Assembly (NCBI RefSeq): GCF_001194135.2
Contig: NC_068981.1
Span: 143,089,116-143,153,115 of the forward strand
Length of the DNA: 64,000 bases
Direction of reading: 5' to 3'
DNA from: Octopus bimaculoides
Taxonomy: Eukaryota
Both the position numbers and the translations under genes were made by a program. Below the pieces are notes generated by a model, which had not been told where the DNA came from, searched no databases, and was given only the letters and a program-made list of their open reading frames with translations. This document shows positions 12,324-25,581 of the stretch, piece after piece. Numbering within the stretch: position 1 is the first letter of the stretch; each line of letters begins with the position of its first letter.

Positions 12324-13727
12324 CCAATGTCTAATATATAATTAAGGAGTAAATGGAAAAAAATATCTCATTGTTGACGATGTCATCGTCGTCGCTGTAC
12401 TTTTGACACGGATCAAAGATGATTGAGCAGAATGATACGATAGAATTGTTTTCGACTTATAGATAAAAAAAGTCCATTGTCTTTCTAGAGTTAACAATGT
12501 GTACTTATTATGCAGAACGTACCAATAAATGTGTTTTTACTTAGCTTTTTAAGATAGTAAGTGAATGACCTATGGGCCAGCATCTTCTTTCTTGGAGTAT
12601 AGTAGTTGGCCAGGCAGAAACTCCTTCGTTAGTTCGTAACCTGCATAGCGCATGATAAATCTAGTATTAGTTGTTTAGTAATTGGACATACCTGATTTTA
12701 ATATGACAGTGGTCAACGTTCCTTTGTTGTATTTTGTTTTTTCAAGTGGTGTATCCATTACTGATTTATTGCTTATGCATTATCTTACTAAAATTAAATT
12801 GAATAATCTGAAATTATTTACTCAGCTATATCCTTCACTTAAAAACAAGATTAGAATATTAAAATCAAGATTAGAATATTAACGTAAGCTTGAAACAATT
12901 AAACATAAACTCAATATTTTAATCCTTTCATCAAGGACATCACGAGAAAAATCAAGCGTTTCTACTATTACACTGGTCTGCAAAATAAATATTTTAATCT
13001 TTTGACATAAAATCATTGAGCTGTTTTAGACCAATTTTTGGGTGCTGATTCCAAAACTGACCTCAGATTTTCTGTATCACATCAGTTTGTTGTGCCATCA
13101 ATATATATATATATATATATAATTTTATTTACCTGGATCATGCCAAAACTCAATTTTACACCATCATTTTTGTGCATTTTGGCTGGATTGGTGATGAAGC
13201 TCTCGATACCCCTACTATTAAGTAAGATGAACAGTTCATATCATGTAATACAGGGTCTGATAATATGTCTTTCTTTTGTCAGCCTGAATTGTATGATCTG
13301 TTCAAGGATTTCTATTTGTCAAAGCAGTCTGTTGAACTGTTGGCTTCTAGGGTGCATGAAAAAATACTGCTGAAACCTGGCACTTGTGTCACCTTTAATC
13401 GTAAAAGACAAGCAGAACTATAGAAGTACTGGTCATCTTGTTTATTATATTGAAGTAGAATGTCTTCTTCTCAATATGGGGGTGCTTGCATATGATTAAC
13501 GTGAGAGAAAACTTTTTTTATTGGTAGCTCTAAAAGCAGTTCGAAATGTGCTTTACTTCACATCGAGAATTTGTATGACTCAATCTCAATAGGAATATCT
13601 ATAAAAATGAAAGAGAAATAAGCAGACATCAAGATTGTTCAGTTCTATGTTTAAGAGCTGAGGAATTATGTACATTATTTACATTATTTACATTTCACGG
13701 ATATTTGTCCTCATCTTGTTTGTTGTT

Positions 13728-13773
13728 AACACAAAGTCTCGGCTGATATACGCTCCAGCCTTCATCAGGTGCC
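13728..13773 (-). ncRNA. Minimal type I hammerhead ribozyme, degenerate
   Basis: GGCAC-CTGATGA-A-GGCTG-loop-CAGCC-GAGAC-TTT-GTGTT; the GAAAC/GTT part is mutated. Confidence 0.65.
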
Positions 13774-13826
13774 TTGGGTTCTCTCTTCTAAGGTATTTTT
13801 AGATGTTATTATTATCATTATTATTA

Positions 13827-13930
<104 letters not shown>

Positions 13931-13942
13931 TGTATGCTCACA

Positions 13943-14011
13943 GGCATATGGCGTAGTGGTTAAGAGCGCGGCTACTAAACCCAAGATTCCGAGTCCAATT
14001 CCAAGCAGTGA

Positions 14012-14013
<2 letters not shown>
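13943..14013 (+). promoter_or_regulatory. tRNA-derived segment with Pol III A box and degenerate B box inside the PLE pseudo-LTR
   Basis: A box TGGCGTAGTGG at 13949-13959, D-arm-like GCG/CGC pairing, B-box-like GAGTCCAATTCC at 13991-14002, followed by (AAT)n. Confidence 0.7.
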
Positions 14014-14078
<65 letters not shown>

Positions 14079-14138
14079 AACAAAAGCAACATCGAAAAAT
14101 ACCTTAGGAATGCGAACCCAGGTTCGAAATTTCGCGAA

Positions 14139-14184
14139 GACACCTAATGAAGGCTGGCGGGTATATCAGCCGAAACGTTGTGTT
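14139..14184 (+). ncRNA. Minimal type I hammerhead ribozyme with a core G5>A change
   Basis: GACAC-CTAATGA-A-GGCTG-gcgggtatat-CAGCC-GAAAC-GTT-GTGTT. Stems I and II pair and stem III is the palindrome AACGTT. Confidence 0.7.
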
Positions 14185-15188
14185 AACAACAAACACGATA
14201 ATGAAAAATATCCGTCAAATGTAAATAATGTATATCAAGATTGTTCTAGAGAGGCTACAGCATTATGCACAAAGATGACCAGTTTATGACGATTTTAAAA
14301 CAGTAATCCTTCTGCTTGGCCAGTAAGGCGGTTACGCCATGTATCCTTGTTTTTTGTGCTACTGGGACTGTAGGGCGACAGAGGATCAGTGGGTGAGAAA
14401 AGAATGCCCCCCACCAAGAAAAATTTCCCGACAAGTGACAAGAACATCATTAATGACCGTCTGACTGATAGGAAAAAACATCGTCTTCCCCACCGTCACT
14501 GAACATAAACTATGTATGATGAAGCAATTCATCGAAGCTCTTGATCACAGCGAAGACGGCTTCAAATATATATGTTCAGCCTTTCCAAGTCTCAGTGACG
14601 AGAAGAGGAAGGCTGGAATATTAGATGGACCTCAAATAAGAACACTCCCCAGAGATCCACATTGCATTAGAAAAATGAGTGCGGCGGAGGCCAGAGCTTG
14701 GAATGCCTTCTCTGATGTGATGCTGAATATCCTTGGGAACAAAAAAATGTGACAGCAATGAAAATATTAGGGAAGAGCTGCTTTTGAGTTTGCAAGCACT
14801 TGGATGTAGAGTGAGCAACCAATTGCACTACTTACAGTCATTTAGTTGAGTTTCCATAGGACGTGGGTGATGTTAACGAAGAACAAGGTGAACACTTTCA
14901 TGAAGACAAAAGTAATAGAAGAATGCTTCCAAGGCCGATGGGACTCAAGCATGATTGCAAATTACATACATGCAAACATACAAATATCTATTCATGCGCA
15001 CATGCGTATTTGTGTGTGCATTTGTGCGTGAATATGTAAATATATCGGTTGTATCTCTGTCAGAAACCTAACATTTTTTACCAATCAGTAAATACGTTTG
15101 CGTGTAGATTCATACGCAAACTTACATCAATTCCCCATCTTTGAAGTACATACTTCTCTGCTCATCTGTATTAACTAAGATCTGCCTG

Positions 15189-15233
<45 letters not shown>

Positions 15234-16699
15234 TATTTTTCCTGACCTATTTTCTTCAGACATTTCTTCTATCAATTTACAAGGGTGAGATTTTATTATC
15301 AACGTCATCCTCTTTCTCGATTCTCCTTCCTTGCTTTGTCTTATTTGTTTACCTTTTGGTATTTTATTTATTTTATATTATCTTCTACGCATTCATTTTT
15401 GCTACTAACATTGTTGTCTTTGTCTCCCAAGATATTTGCTTCTACAATCTAAAATTTTTATTTAAAGAAGATATCATAATCTGGCTCAGCCAACATGCCT
15501 TGATATTATTCGCTTTTGTACGCGACATTACAAATATCATTTTCCAATTTTTCTTTTTTGGTTGTAATTCTTTCGTTGTTATAGGTCTTTCCATTTGTTG
15601 CTTTAATGAGAGTATTTAATTCATTAATATTCGCATTATATGTTTTATTTTTTCTATCTTTGTTATTGTAGTTTCCATTGAACTACTGAAATCATTTTGT
15701 TCGAAACTAACTAATTAAGGAAACATCAAATTTTTAAAGGTAGCGAGATAATTGATAAATTTCCTTAGGTGAAGAGCGGGGTGTCACATTTTGGCGCCAG
15801 AAGTTGCCTTAATGAAGAACTCATTAGGTTCAGTTAAGCAGTTGCAGACACTGAAAGAAAGCTGATGAGGATGTCGTCCTTTGCTATTACAGATTATATT
15901 TCTTCTTCTTTAGATCAACAGAACTTGTTGATGAATAACAAATAATTCAAAACAACATCAATTTAAATATATATATATTATTCTACACTATGAAATTTTG
16001 TGGGGGTTTTTTTTAAAGATTTCTAGCCAATAGTTAATTTTAAAAATAAATAAATACGAATAACATTAGAACACTAACCACAAAAAATACTGAAAATTTA
16101 AATAGATCATTAGCATGATTTCATAGCATAAAAAATACCCAACAGCGCATACAAATACATGATGTACTAAAATACATTCATATATACATACGTAAAGGCA
16201 TATATATATATACATGTTTGTAGGTATGTATGTATGTCTGCATATACATCTGTACATATATATATATATGTGTGTATGTATGTGCATATATGTATATATA
16301 TATATATATATGTATATATATNNNNNNNNNNNNNNNNNNNNNNNNNNNNNNNNNNNNNNNNNNNNNNNNNNNNNNNNNNNNNNNNNNNNNNNNNNNNNNN
16401 NNNNNNNNNNNNNNNNNNNNNNNNNNNNNNNNNNNNNNNNNNNNNNNNNNNNNNNNNNNNNNNNNNNNNNNNNNNNNNNNNNNNNNNNNNNNNNNNNNNN
16501 NNNNNNNNNNNNNNNNNNNNNNNNNNNNNNNNNNNNNNNNNNNNNNNNNNATATATATATATATATATATAGATATATATACATATTCGAGTGTTTGTGT
16601 TTGCGTATGTATATGTGGGTATATGCATATACATATAATTCGATAGAAATAATATGAATCTGCATGAATTGGCTCAACTACATCCTCATGAGAGAAATA

Positions 16700-16880
16700 C
16701 AATTTTCAATTTGGACAATTGCAATTTTCCCATATCTAAAACCCACTCATACATTGGCTCTAACAGTACAATATTCCTGTTATGAAACCCATGCTAGTAG
16801 AGCCAATATAAAGTCTTGTTTGTTGAAGATATTGATTTCCTTAGTTCAGCATCCTTTGTTTGTTTATGAGAAGTTGTCAA
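16700..16880 (-). mobile_element. Possible very old PLE GIY-YIG endonuclease remnant
   Basis: Minus frame TRLYIGSTSMGF followed by IWEN; otherwise heavily disrupted. Confidence 0.3.
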
Positions 16881-18145
16881 AACGATCAGACAGAAAAAAA
16901 AAAATTAAAATATATTCAGAATATATTACAGATAACAACAACAACGGCAGCAGTAACACCATAAAACATCCTAAAAAATTAGAAAATAAATAAACAGGAG
17001 TGATTCTATAAATCGGGTGAACAGTTCGAATGATATCTAAAGACACTTCGTCGTCATGAAAACACATTTTGTGTAAATAGTTAAGAAAAAAATATTCAAT
17101 CATTTACATTTTATTTATTTTGAGTTTTTTTAAGTATTCATTTATCTGCTTTTTTTTTCTTGTTTTTTTTTTTGTTTTCATTTAAGGCGGATTTTTTGTA
17201 TAAAACAAAAGCACACAAACAGTTCTAAATATGTATTGCGGAATATATTTTAACTGAAACATACNNNNNNNNNNNNNNNNNNNNNNNNNNNNNNNNNNNN
17301 NNNNNNNNNNNNNNNNNNNNNNNNNNNNNNNNNNNNNNNNNNNNNNNNNNNNNNNNNNNNNNNNNNNNNNNNNNNNNNNNNNNNNNNNNNNNNNNNNNNN
17401 NNNNNNNNNNNNNNNNNNNNNNNNNNNNNNNNNNNNNNNNNNNNNNNNNNNNNNNNNNNNNNNNNNNNNNNNNNNNNNNNNNNNNNNNNNNNNNNNNNNN
17501 NNNNNNNNNNNNNNNNNNNNNNNNNNNNNNNNNNNNNNNNNNNNNNNNNNNNNNNNNNNNNNNNNNNNNNNNNNNNNNNNNNNNNATATATATATATATT
17601 TCATATATATATATAATTTAATTTCATATATTTATAGAAAAAATTTATATAAGATGAATATCTTGGTATACAGACAAATATAAAAGTACACATATAATTA
17701 TTCTGTGATATCACTAACCGTCTATGAATATCATAATGTCATTGATGTTACGTCAGCTATTAATATTTATGTATGTTAACCTTTGTATGACAAGTCTATG
17801 TAAATTGAGTTATTCAGGTATAGAAGACAGCAATACTATGGACATATAGGTGCTACGAAAGTGTACAACGCTATTTCTAAAGTGAATACGCACGCGAACA
17901 TACATACATATATACATGCATGCTTATAATTGTTATAGTTGCAACGTGGCCTTATGTATGTTGTTTAATTTACTTCACATAAAATAACGAGTCATGAAAC
18001 AAATCTCTATAAAATAAATGCTACACGAAAGAATGGTTTAGATCATCTTAAAAATGAATGGCAGTACACCAGTATTACGGGATTTCATTTGCCGGAACCA
18101 ATAAAAGAATGAATCAAATATGTACGTACACGCATTTACAATGGG

Positions 18146-18201
<56 letters not shown>

Positions 18202-18681
18202 GTGTATGTGTGTGTGTGTGTGTATGCGTCTGTTGATTTGCTTCATACCTGCTTTATAACGACATTGTACACTTAGTAAACTATAACTAATTACAAAACA
18301 GTCACACCGAAGTAAAAGGATTTTCCATTTAACCGTAATATTCATATTAAACTTGGTCAGCTCATCTGTGCTTATGAGATGAATAGGTGCGCCAAAGTAA
18401 ACAACTTACGATACAATATGTATTACTGTGTCATTAACGATAGTCAAGCCATTCGGAATTCCGATCAAAATATGTTTTCTGGAATTGCTAGATTAGAGAT
18501 AAACTTATTGTTGCCTCCTATATTAGATCAAACAGAAAGGAAACAGTCAATCTTGAATGACTGGTGCAGTTCTGATACTCTCAATGCTAAATACGAATAC
18601 GTATATGAAACAAAATAATTCATACAATTTACTAGAATTCATCAACAGAATACGTAGTATTCATATTTATAATTACGAAAT

Positions 18682-18882
18682 CGACGAGCTGGCAGAATCG
18701 TTTGCACACCGGGAAAGATGTTTAAAGGCATTTCGTCCGTCTTTGCGTTCTGATTTCACATTCCCCTGAGGTCGACTTTGCAATTCATCATTTCGATGTC
18801 GATAAAATAAGTACCAGTTTAATACTGGGGCTGATGTTATTCGTCTTATCCTCTCCCCGATTTTGCTGGCCTTGTTCCAAAA
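18682..18882 (+). mobile_element. SINE family A
   Basis: Head CGAGCTGGCAGAATCGTT and core GAGGTCGACTTTGC...GTCGATAAAATAAGTACCAG. Confidence 0.8.
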
Positions 18883-21800
18883 TATGAAACCAATATTAAT
18901 AATTTGGTAATTCAAAGAAGAAGACCACCGGTCATTTGTTTAACGAATCACATTTGTTTTTAAATACATGCTTACATTATTGAATTTCAGTTCTGCATTT
19001 TTAAAGTTTTAATACAACAGGTGTAAACAGTTTAAGATCTTTATGTTTTGTAGCTGATGAAATACATACCATGCATGTACTGTGGTTTATTCAGTCTTCC
19101 AAAGCTACAATGTGGCTTTCTGCCAGCTCAGGAAATCATGTTTTGGGAATAAAGGCGTAGATGCCAAAAGTGACACAACTTGTTCGCATTGCTGTTAGAA
19201 TGTGTCAAAGGCGAAGTATATTTGCTGGCAAAAATAGTTTGCGTAGAATTAGATTAGTTCAAACCAATTCGCTGACTTCAAGTGCCAGAGGGCTACAGAG
19301 AAGCTGTTGTCTGATAGTTTAATGCGGTATTGGAAATCTTAATTAGGAAATGCTCGGAAGGACTACAAGAGTTGATGATACAATTAGTGTGAAGAGTAGG
19401 TTTGGATGCACAAAATCGGTGAAGGTTGACCGAAGGGCGAAAATGACATCAGTTATAGAACTAACTATGGGCACTAAAATGGAACCCTAGTATAATACAG
19501 CAAAGGCTTCAGAATCTAAACAAGAATAGTTGGTGCCTTAAAAATAAGAGCCAATAGAAATGATTATGATAATTATTATGATAATTATTATAATAAGAGC
19601 CAATAGAAACACAACCAGCTCTGCTGACACCCTCACCACAACTGCTTGCGCGGCAGCACAAACGGCATCGCACAACCACGACATTAAAGAAATAACTGCA
19701 ACTTTAAATGTAAATGCGGGTACTGAGAAAGCAGCAGCAACAAGAGAGATAAAAACAATAATAAAACTTTGGTATCAGTATCAACATGTATCAAAAGAAG
19801 CATTGCCTTCATGGCCTACCGTATTACTACTAACAAAAAATATCAATGGACCATACGACGTTCCTCGACCTACTTGGAACCGGTTACACATGTATTGAAG
19901 CGAAGGTAACCATGTATTGAAGCGAAGGTAACGGAGAAGAAATCAAATTGTCACTTGTAACAAACAAGGGAAAAGGAAAAGGAAACGTGATTAACTCACC
20001 AGAGAAAAACTGAGAGGTGCAAGCGGTTGGAAGCGACAGCTACCAAGAACGTGGAAAGAAGACTAAAATATTCAACAACGACACTAATACTATCATTACC
20101 AACATCACTACCATCACAATCACTCCTGCTACAGCGAAAACCATGGTCTATCCAAAAGGAAGGGCCACCTATGAGAAACATATTATACTTCCATAAATAC
20201 AAAGGACGAGTTAATGAAAACAAATCAACAGACATAGTTCCTGAATGCACATGGCCTGGGTCATCGTGGGACCAGGGCTACATGCTCAACAATCTCTTTT
20301 CACTATATATGGATTTGGTATCTGTCAGTGAATCTTCAGTTTCCGATTTACAAAACCTCATATCCATTGTCAGTGGATATAAAATCTATCTATATCTAAG
20401 TCGCTCTTTAACATCGAACGATATAGTGTCAGGATGACTGAGAGCATATGATATACTAAGAAACTGCACCCATTTTACTTTAATTACTGACATGCCTTTG
20501 ATGCTTTGAGTGACCGGATGGATTGGATGCAAACATGCAGTCTTAGGTTACGCTATTTCTTCTCAATGCTGCTGGGAAAATTCTCTTTTAAACTTCAAAT
20601 CCGGTTCATATCCCACTATCCATTCCATTTTCTCTCTCGCACCCGATCTTTCTTTCCATTTACTATTCCTCTTACCAAGCAACCTACATTTTTACTAAGA
20701 TTTTTCCAGCAAACTAGATGTGCATGTACTTTTCAATTTAGAGAGATGCAGATAATGTCAACAACAATACAGATACGGTAAAATATCTAATGTAATCAAT
20801 CGCCATACAAATCTAATCAATTAGTCGTACTTCCGTAGAGAGGAGAAAAAAATCATTCTGTTTAAATGATTGAGGTCAACAAAAAAACACAAATACAGCT
20901 TTATTGTATTAATGATATTGACAGAGTTCAATCATTTTCCGATCCTTTTGCCTACTCCGTTATTTCTCTTTACGTTATCAGAAGGAAAAATACTGCCCTA
21001 TGTTTCGCTTTCATTATATCTCTCAGCATGCCCATGTTGAGTGATGCTTGACATTATCACAAACAGCTTCGTACTGATGTATGAGGTAAACAGAACAGGA
21101 AAGACACACAGACACTCGCATAAACAGACTCAGATTCATGCATGAGTGATTTTAAAATCGATTATAAGACGAAGCGCATGTACTGTTAAGAAAGTGCAAG
21201 CTCTATTGCAAGTCAAATTGTTTTTGAATTTTAACACCAGGTCAAGCCTAAGATGACCTAAAATCAAACTGTTCTGGATATCATCGTCCCCACTTAGTAA
21301 AGCTAACATTTTATTATGCTATTTCTATCTGACTTAGTGCCTATTTAGAAATGTCTTTATTGGTGCTAAACTATTAATGGCTGTAGAGAAAATGATCAGC
21401 GTGGTGTATCTTATAATTTTTCATTAACTGAAAGAACACAGTGGAGACAGTTTTCCTGCCGCATCTGTCGTCTAAATTCAGGCATAATTACTACATTATC
21501 CAGTGAATCATCTCGTTATTAAAATGGTTGAGTTAGAATTAAAAAGAATTTTTAAAACTTTCTTTGGCAGGTTCAACAACCACTTTGAGACACCTCTGCC
21601 AGCCTGACACGAGCAGAAGGTGTGACATATACTTATTTTCTGCTTGAATTAATTATATTTCCTGCACCTCCTCTTCTGCTCATTAGTCCGAAAGATTATG
21701 CCTTATTTCATTCTATCGAAATAACAAAATTAAAGCTCGATAGATTTATGATATTTAATGAAGGTTTTGAATTTAATTAGACCAGGTCGATTTTTAGTTT

Positions 21801-22644
21801 TAGTAACATAAATGTCACTAATTGTTAAAGCAAGAATCAGGTTCTATTAAGTAGACCTATGACCAAAAGCGTCCCAACTTTAGCCAAACTGTCGTTTTGC
21901 GTTTCAAGCATTGCTGTATTCAATATGTAATTTGCATTAAGATGGGATGATATTTCAGATATTTGTCTACTGTATATTTCTTTTGGGTTGCGAAATCGCA
22001 TGAAACACCTTACTTTTGGCTCGATGTAAATACCAATCTTCCATAGGGGTCACACAGTTTCTCCTTATCACTCGCTGCTTCCAAACGTGCAATTTTGTCT
22101 TACTGTTACAGATCTCGTATTGGAAAACGTGAAGAATGTTGTCGTCGTTGCTGTTGTTGTATACTCCAAATCCAAACCCAAATGAGCAAACACACAAACA
22201 GTAAAAATGTCATGCACTCAACATCCCATTTCTTGTCAGAATTTTGTCAGAGTATATCATCTCTCTTTAAAACGGGATAGTTATAATTTGGGGGAGATTT
22301 GGTTTCTGTTTAGCAAATGGAATGACAACGAAAAAGTTCCTTTCATTGAAATGTGGTGGCTTTCATCTTTGCTGTATAATTATTTAGAAACTCTGTAGCA
22401 TTGAGTTGCACCTAATTATATTAGATTTCGTATCCTAAAAAGGTCAACTTTTATTTAACATTTCTGCAGTCAGTAACATTTTATATCATATCGATTTAAC
22501 TTTATTTACATTATTTACATTTGATGGATAACACAAGGTGTCGACTGATATATCCCCTTGGGCAAATTTTGAACTTTGGGTCTCATTCCTAAGGTATTTC
22601 TTCGATGTTACTATTATCATTATCGTTATTATTATTATTATTCA

Positions 22645-22716
22645 GGTCACTGCCTGGAATCGATCTCGGAATCTTAGGCTTAGAAGTCCGCGCTCTTAAC
22701 CACTACGCCACATGCC
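22645..22716 (-). promoter_or_regulatory. tRNA-derived A/B-box segment in the 3' pseudo-LTR
   Basis: Minus strand TGGCGTAGTGGTTAAGAGCGCGGACTTCTAAGCCTAAGATTCCGAGATCGATTCCAGGCAGTGACC, then (AAT)n. Confidence 0.75.
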
Positions 22717-22789
22717 AGGGAGAAATTACGGGGGAAATTTTAGTGCTTATAATTCTAATATTTTCTTATCCTTCCTTATTACCGGTTAC

Positions 22790-25075
22790 CATATGGTATT
22801 CCTATCTGCACTAGGTCTGCTTAGGAGGTTGTTGTGTTCTAGCATATGTGCTACTTCTTTTATTTTTCGTGTTTTCCAGTAGTGTTCTCCGTCTATTATT
22901 TTAACTTCATCCCACAGGGGGAGGTGGTCTCCATTTTTTCCAAACATGATCAGCTATACCCGATTTATTCATATCTTCTTATGTCAAAGCTTTGCCATGT
23001 TCCTCTTCCCTTATTTTTGAGGAGGCGGTATGTTTAGCCTTTGTATAACCTACCACAGCTGCATGGGATGGAGTACACGTAGTTTGGGTGATATTCTCTT
23101 CTATTGGTGGTTTTACCCGAAGGAGATATTTGACAAGTGTTGTATTACACTTGAATACTGTCCTGATATCATATGGGCCCATATCTTTTGTATCTTTTCG
23201 GAGAGACCTTTCACATACGGTAGACATACTTTAGACAGTTTATTGGTTTCATCCTCCCTTTTCTTCATAATTGGAGTAGATATTATGTTTTGGGGGGTAG
23301 TTGTTGCTTAAAAGATTGTTACTGAGTTTGATCATTTCTTCGTGGTGGGTATCACGATCGCTACTTATATTCTTTGCTTGATGTTTTAGGCACTGAGCAA
23401 TCCCTCTCTTTACATTGTATGGATGGTGGGAATTGAAGTTCAGGTATCGTTCCCAGAAGGTCAGCTTACGGTATACGGATGCCCTGAATCCATACTTGGT
23501 GCGCATTATTAATACGTTCAGGAATGCTAGCTGATTGTATTTTTCCTTTTCCATTGTGAAATGTGTGGACGACTTTATTGAGTTTACATGATCTAACAAC
23601 ACTTGGACATATTTCTGGTGGGGCCAGAGGATAAATGTTGCATCAACATATCGCAGCCATAGGGTTGGTTTTAGTGGTGTTGATCATAAAGCCACATTCT
23701 CAAAATATTCCATGTATATATATATATTGGCTATTATCGGTGATAATGGCGAACCCATAGCTAAACTCTCTTCCTGTCAATATATATCAATGTCCATATC
23801 GAAGTAGGTAGTTTCTACACAGAAAGTCAACATTTCCATCAAGTTTCTTATTGGTATACTAGTGCGTTCTTTTAGATGAGTTTCTGTCACTAGTTTTTCT
23901 TGAATCACCGATAGTGCTTCACCAGTTGGGACTTTGGTGAACAGACTTATCACATCTAGACTTACCATCCGGTTGGATTCAATGGGGGTATCCTTGATCA
24001 ATTCTGTGAAGCAGATGGAATTCTTCACGTATGAGGTTGACTTTCCTACTAATGGACTGATTATATCTACAAGGAAGCAGCTCAGTGGAGGACATGCTGA
24101 ACCTCTACAGCTCACTATAGGTCTTAATGGAATACCATCCTTGTGAATCTTAGGGAGACCGTATATATGAGGTAGTTTATTGTAGTGTTGAGTCAGTTGT
24201 CTGTACTTCTTTGGTGTGAAGTGATCCTTGTTCTTGATCAAGATCGGTGACAACTTCCTCTCTGCTGGGTCTTTCTTTACTTTGTTGTAGCTACCATCAC
24301 TAATGAGACTTATCATTGTTTCAGAGTAGCCAGACTTGTTCACCCCCACTGTAGCATTCTCTAGTCCGCTTGAAGTATTATGATAGAATTGTCACTCTGT
24401 AGTGTTTTGATAGCGAACTTTTCTTCCTTAGTGATGTTTGGTTTGGGAAGTTTCGCTATTTCTACTACCTGACTCACTTTCCACCTTAGTTCATCTCCCT
24501 GAGCTTTTGGTATCTTTACGGCTATCTCTTCAATAGGCGCTATTATATCCAAGTACGGAATGCACTTGATGGTTGTCGCAATGTTGAGACCTTTGTTTAG
24601 TACTGCTTCTTCAGAGCTTTCTAGATGCCGGCTACTTACATTCATCACTGCTTTCACGGGTAGGTGATGGACTTCAGTCTCCGAGTTTCATAAACTTCTT
24701 AATCTAGCGTGTCTTCACCATTTCAAATTCTTTCATGTACGACTTTTCTAGATCTTGTTGTATTCTCTTTGTATCCTCTTCTCTGGTTATTTTCCTAAGT
24801 AATGAATATAACCTCTCTTTGATTTCGTTATTTAGCTGATGTTTTTTCCAACGGTTGTAATGGATCCTTTCACAGACGAGGGCATCTCCTGCCCTTTCTG
24901 CTACAATTCTACATCTATATGAATCCACTGGTGTCATTATATTCAAACCAGGTGGTATTAGCTTTGGGTCTCTACAACTACACAGGAAAGTTAGATGGTT
25001 TGAAAGACGAGCTAGTTTTTGATAGTGTTTCTTTATATGTCTCCATGGAAGTCTAATGCTGGTTCTCTACCGATT
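22790..25075 (-). pseudogene. PLE polyprotein pseudogene (reverse transcriptase plus GIY-YIG endonuclease)
   Basis: RLSNHLTFLCSCRD; VMNVSSRHLESSEEAVLNKGLN; HIYGLPKIHKDGIPLRPIVS; MVSLDVISLFTKVP; AMGSPLSPIIANIYMEYFE; WLRYVDATF; YLNFNSHHP; VYSIPCSCGRLYKG. Several frameshifts and stops. Confidence 0.9.
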
Positions 25076-25171
25076 AGACAATACGTTTCTCTATTTAAGA
25101 GATAAGGAATTATGTATATTATTTACATTATTTACATATGACGGATATTTGTCCTCATCTTCTTTGTTGTT

Positions 25172-25217
25172 AACACAACGTTTCGACTGATATACCATCC
25201 AGCCTTCATCAGGTGTC
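25172..25217 (-). ncRNA. Minimal type I hammerhead ribozyme directly upstream of the PLE ORF, core intact
   Basis: GACAC-CTGATGA-A-GGCTG-gatggtatat-CAGTC-GAAAC-GTT-GTGTT. PLE-associated minimal hammerheads with a palindromic stem III are established. Confidence 0.85.
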
Positions 25218-25412
25218 TTGAAGTTAAAGTAATAGACAGAGAACACCACTGGAAAATACGAAAACTAAAAAACAGCAGCACATATGCTAGGACAAAACAA
25301 CCTACCAAGCAAACTGAGTGCAGATATGAATAACATAGGGGAACCGGTATTAAGGATGGATAGGAATATATTAAATTTATAAGCCCGAAATTTCACTCCA
25401 TAATTGCCCACG

Positions 25413-25461
25413 GACATATGGCGAAGTGGTTAAGAGCGCGGCCTACTAACCACAAGTGACC
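25413..25461 (+). promoter_or_regulatory. tRNA-derived segment in the inverted pseudo-LTR, B box deleted
   Basis: TGGCGAAGTGGTTAAGAGCGCGGCCTACTAACCACAAG joined directly to TGACCTGAATAGC(AAT)n. Confidence 0.65.
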
Positions 25462-25535
25462 TGAATAGCAATAATAATAACAATAACACCGAAAGATACC
25501 TTAGGAATGAGAATCCAGGTTCGAAATTTCTTCAA

Positions 25536-25581
25536 GACACCTGATGAAGGCTGAAGGGTACATCAGCTGAAACGTTGTGTC
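25536..25581 (+). ncRNA. Minimal type I hammerhead ribozyme in the inverted pseudo-LTR, core intact
   Basis: GACAC-CTGATGA-A-GGCTG-aagggtacat-CAGCT-GAAAC-GTT-GTGTC; stem I GACAC/GTGTC is a perfect match. Confidence 0.85.

Noticed and set aside
13943-14013. Functional tRNA gene (also 22645-22716 and about 61520-61590)
   Set aside because: Acceptor and T stems do not pair properly and the sequences are embedded in mobile elements, so they are tRNA-derived only.
15330-15840. Possible decayed PLE end with a hammerhead-like TAATGAA-GAAC/GTTC at about 15808
   Set aside because: No GAAA or cleavage triplet, the orientations disagree and the protein similarity is too weak.
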